Source of the DNA: a bacterium
GTDB taxonomy: Bacteria > Desulfobacterota > DSWW01
Direction of reading: 5' to 3'
Assembly: GCA_040756235.1 (NCBI GenBank)
Contig: JBFLZG010000105.1
Location: 40,883-104,882, forward strand
DNA length: 64,000 bases
This document shows positions 61,244-64,000 of this stretch, piece by piece (positions within the stretch are counted from its first letter, which is position 1; each line of letters opens with the position of its first letter). The translations under genes and the position numbers were made by a program. The notes beneath the pieces are model-generated. The model was not told the origin of the DNA. It ran no database searches and saw only the letters and a list, made by a program, of their open reading frames with translations.

Positions 61244-62974
61244 TTGACCGTTCGACACGACGTGATCATCGTCGGTGCGGGGCTGGCGGGTCTCCGGGCG
61301 GCGGTCGAGCTCGCCGGGAAAGCGGACGTGGCGGTGGTGAGCAAGGTCTTTCCCACTCGTTCTCACTCCGGTGCGGCCCAGGGAGGGATCGGTGCACCCC
61401 TGGGCAACGAAGGGGAGGACAAGTGGGAATGGCACATGTTCGACACGGTCAAGGGCAGCGATTTCCTCGGCGACCAGGACGCCATCCAGATCATGGTGCA
61501 GGATGCCCCGAGAGCGATCGTCGAGCTGGAGCACATGGGGGTCCCTTTCAGCCGCAACGCCCAGGGCAAGATCGCCCAGCGCGCCTTCGGCGGCCACACC
61601 CGGGAATATGGAAAGGAGCCGGTCAAGCGGGCCTGCTACGCGTCGGACCGGACCGGCAGGGTGGTGCTCGACACGCTCTTTGAACAATGCCTCAAGGCCC
61701 GCGTTCGCCTCTATTCCGAGTTCATGCTCCTGGACATGCTGCTGGCGGGGGGGCGGATTGCGGGCGTCGCGCTGCTCGAGCTGGCCACCGGCGAGATTCA
61801 CGAGATCCGCTGCAAGGCCGTCCTGCTCGCCACCGGCGGTTACGGCAAGATCTACAAGACCACCTCGAACTGCTTCTCCAACACGGGTGATGCCCTTTCC
61901 ATCACCCTCGAGAAGGGCCTGCCCCTGCAGGACTTGGAATTCGTTCAGTTCCACCCTACGGGAATCCGGGGGCTCGGCATTCTCATCAGCGAGGCGGCGC
62001 GCGGCGAGGGCGGCGTGCTTCGCAACCGCAACGGGGAGCGCTTCATGGAGCGCTATGCGCCCGTGATCAAGGACCTGGCTCCCCGGGACATCGTTTCGCG
62101 TTCCATGCTGCGAGAGGTACGGGAAGGCAGAGGGATCGAGGGCAAGGACTACCTGCACCTGGACATGACCGGGATCGGGGAACAGGCGATCCAGGAAAAG
62201 CTCTGGGAAATCACTTCCTTTGCAAGGATCTACGCGGGCGTCGATCCGGTCCGGGAGCCGGTTCCCGTGCAGCCGACCTGCCACTACATGATGGGAGGCA
62301 TACCCACGGACGTGGACGGACGCGTGCTGCGCGACGGGGGCGGCAGTACCGTGGGGGGTCTCTTTGCGGCCGGCGAGTGCGCCTGCGTGTCCGTGCATGG
62401 CGCCAACCGGCTCGGCTGCAATTCTCTCTTGGACCTGGTGGTGTTCGGCCGCCGGGCCGGCAAGGCCATGCTCGCCTGGCTGCAGGAGGGAGACGGGAAG
62501 GAGGAACCCGGGGAACCGGCCGGCTCGGGTCAGGCGCTGGAGAGGATTCGCGAGCTGCTGGCGGCCGACGGCAGGGAACGGGTCCCGGCGATCCGCGGGG
62601 AGCTGCAGGAGGCGATGATGGAGCATGGCTCGGTCTTCCGCGACGAGAAGGGGTTGAACGCACTCGCGGCCAAGGTGCGCGATCTGCGGGAGCGCTATCG
62701 CCGGATCGGGCTCTCGGACCGCGGCAAGCATTTCAACGCAGAGCTGGTCGAGGCGATCGAATGCGGAAACCTGCTGAGCCTGGCCGAGGTGACGACCGAG
62801 TGCGCCCTGTTCCGCCGGGAGAGCCGAGGCGCCCACTACCGGGAGGACTACCCGCAGCGGGACGACGCGCACTATCTGGCGCACACCCTGGCGTTTCTCG
62901 ACGGCGGGCAGGTGCGGATCGAGAAGAGGCCGGTCCGGATCACCCGGTTTCAGCCTGTGGAGCGGAAGTACTGA
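61244..62974 (+). CDS. sdhA: Succinate dehydrogenase/fumarate reductase flavoprotein subunit
   Basis: GAGLAG, RSHSGAAQGG, QFHPTG, SEAARGEG, HYMMGG, HGANRLG, ESRGAH; TTG start after GGAGG. Confidence 0.92.
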   Translation: MTVRHDVIIVGAGLAGLRAAVELAGKADVAVVSKVFPTRSHSGAAQGGIGAPLGNEGEDKWEWHMFDTVKGSDFLGDQDAIQIMVQDAPRAIVELEHMGVPFSRNAQGKIAQRAFGGHTREYGKEPVKRACYASDRTGRVVLDTLFEQCLKARVRLYSEFMLLDMLLAGGRIAGVALLELATGEIHEIRCKAVLLATGGYGKIYKTTSNCFSNTGDALSITLEKGLPLQDLEFVQFHPTGIRGLGILISEAARGEGGVLRNRNGERFMERYAPVIKDLAPRDIVSRSMLREVREGRGIEGKDYLHLDMTGIGEQAIQEKLWEITSFARIYAGVDPVREPVPVQPTCHYMMGGIPTDVDGRVLRDGGGSTVGGLFAAGECACVSVHGANRLGCNSLLDLVVFGRRAGKAMLAWLQEGDGKEEPGEPAGSGQALERIRELLAADGRERVPAIRGELQEAMMEHGSVFRDEKGLNALAAKVRDLRERYRRIGLSDRGKHFNAELVEAIECGNLLSLAEVTTECALFRRESRGAHYREDYPQRDDAHYLAHTLAFLDGGQVRIEKRPVRITRFQPVERKY

Positions 62975-63103
62975 TCGGAGGCAGGCGGTCTCCATTCCGC
63001 CATGGCGGCCCGCGGGTTCTGTTGTGATTGTAGGGGCGCTGCTTGCTGCGCCCGTTCCAATCCCGCCTTCGCCGTCATGACGGAATGAGCCAGTGAGGAG
63101 GAG

Positions 63104-63814
63104 ATGGAGCGCGTCTTCAAGATCTTCCGATTTGACCCGGACAAGGAACGCGAGCCCCGGTATCAGGAATACCGCCTCGAGGCGGAGCCCACCGAGAAGA
63201 TCCTCGACTGCCTGAACCGGATCCGGTGGGAGCAAGACCCTTCCCTGGCCTTGCGGATGTCCTGCGCTCACGGGGTCTGCGGATCGGACGGAATGAGGAT
63301 CAACGGCTTCTGCACCCTGGCCTGCCAGCGGCTCGTGCGCGAGTACGCGGAAGACCCGATCCTGATCGAGCCGCTGCCCAACTTCCGCGTGCTCAAGGAC
63401 CTCATCGTCGATCTGGATCCGTTCTTCGAGAAGTACCGAGCCGTCAAGCCGTACCTCATGGCCGCCGGGGAGGTACCCGGCAAGGAGAGGATCCAGAGCC
63501 ACGAGGACAGGGTCACCTTCGACGAGGCGATCCGGTGCATCCTTTGCGCCTGCTGCACGGCTGCATGCCCGATCATCTCGCAGAACCAGGCTTTCATCGG
63601 TCCGGCAGCCATTCTCAGGGCTTTTCGCTATCTCTTCGACTCCCGGGACGGGGCCGGCCCCGAACGGATGGCCCTGCTCGACAACCCCGACGGTGTATGG
63701 GGCTGCAAGAATCACGGGAAATGCACGGAGGTCTGCCCGAAGGAGATCGACGTGCGCAAGTGGATCGGCCGGACCAAGAAGAAGATGTTCGACGCCAAGA
63801 AGGCCCGCGGCTGA
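63104..63814 (+). CDS. sdhB: Succinate dehydrogenase/fumarate reductase Fe-S subunit
   Basis: SCAHGVCGSD, CILCACCTAACP, CKNHGKCTEVCP. Confidence 0.92.
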   Translation: MERVFKIFRFDPDKEREPRYQEYRLEAEPTEKILDCLNRIRWEQDPSLALRMSCAHGVCGSDGMRINGFCTLACQRLVREYAEDPILIEPLPNFRVLKDLIVDLDPFFEKYRAVKPYLMAAGEVPGKERIQSHEDRVTFDEAIRCILCACCTAACPIISQNQAFIGPAAILRAFRYLFDSRDGAGPERMALLDNPDGVWGCKNHGKCTEVCPKEIDVRKWIGRTKKKMFDAKKARG

Positions 63815-64000
63815 CCGCAGACGAAACACCCCTCTGCCTCGGCTCACCTCCGGCACTTCGTCCCAGGCCCGCGTCGCTAGCTAGAGCCTGTCCCAAAAGG
63901 TCCAAATTCGGTGTAAGGCTATGGTCCTGACGATGACCGGTCACGCGGGCTCTGAGCTGACACCAGCGTGTTCAGGGCGATCTCACGGTTGCCAAGCCGG

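Noticed and set aside
47940..63053. Single GTAG-type REP-like palindromes at about 47940-47965 and 63030-63053 as evidence for a RAYT system
   Set aside because: Isolated degenerate copies; no RAYT/TnpA gene in the window.

Overview
High-GC bacterial window, with gene content typical of an anaerobic Deltaproteobacterium/Desulfobacterota (inferred, not proven). About 1-49.7 kb is an accessory heavy-metal/redox region. It holds a TetR-controlled multidrug RND pump (partial), hemerythrin and PRC-barrel genes, a large di-heme lipoprotein, a signal-peptide-bearing tetrapyrrole methylase, a group 3b [NiFe]-hydrogenase operon, two P1B ATPases, CusCBA- and CzcCBA-type RND systems, a CDF transporter and many small Cys/His/Met-rich exported proteins. 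Several of these share sigma54 promoters with a common tandem palindromic upstream site. About 49.7-64 kb is more housekeeping-like (DUF72, FmdE, HD, PaaK-like, LpxL-TPR, MFS, DUF2804, GGDEF, sdhAB). The most striking structure is a three-level nested insertion at 25.3-27.5 kb: an IS110-family element sits inside a ~200-bp MITE, which sits in the loop of a REP palindrome. The IS 3' non-coding end encodes a readable bridge/seek-type RNA whose guides match its own REP target (CGTCATCCC/GGCCGGG) and its donor junction (ATAGAGGG/ATGCCC). Circularisation would create a TTGACA-N17-CATCAT promoter, five further perfect empty targets lie in this window, and the unusually long 5' end appears to fold into a second, unexplained ~450-nt structured RNA. 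All calls come from reading the sequence; no database searches were run.
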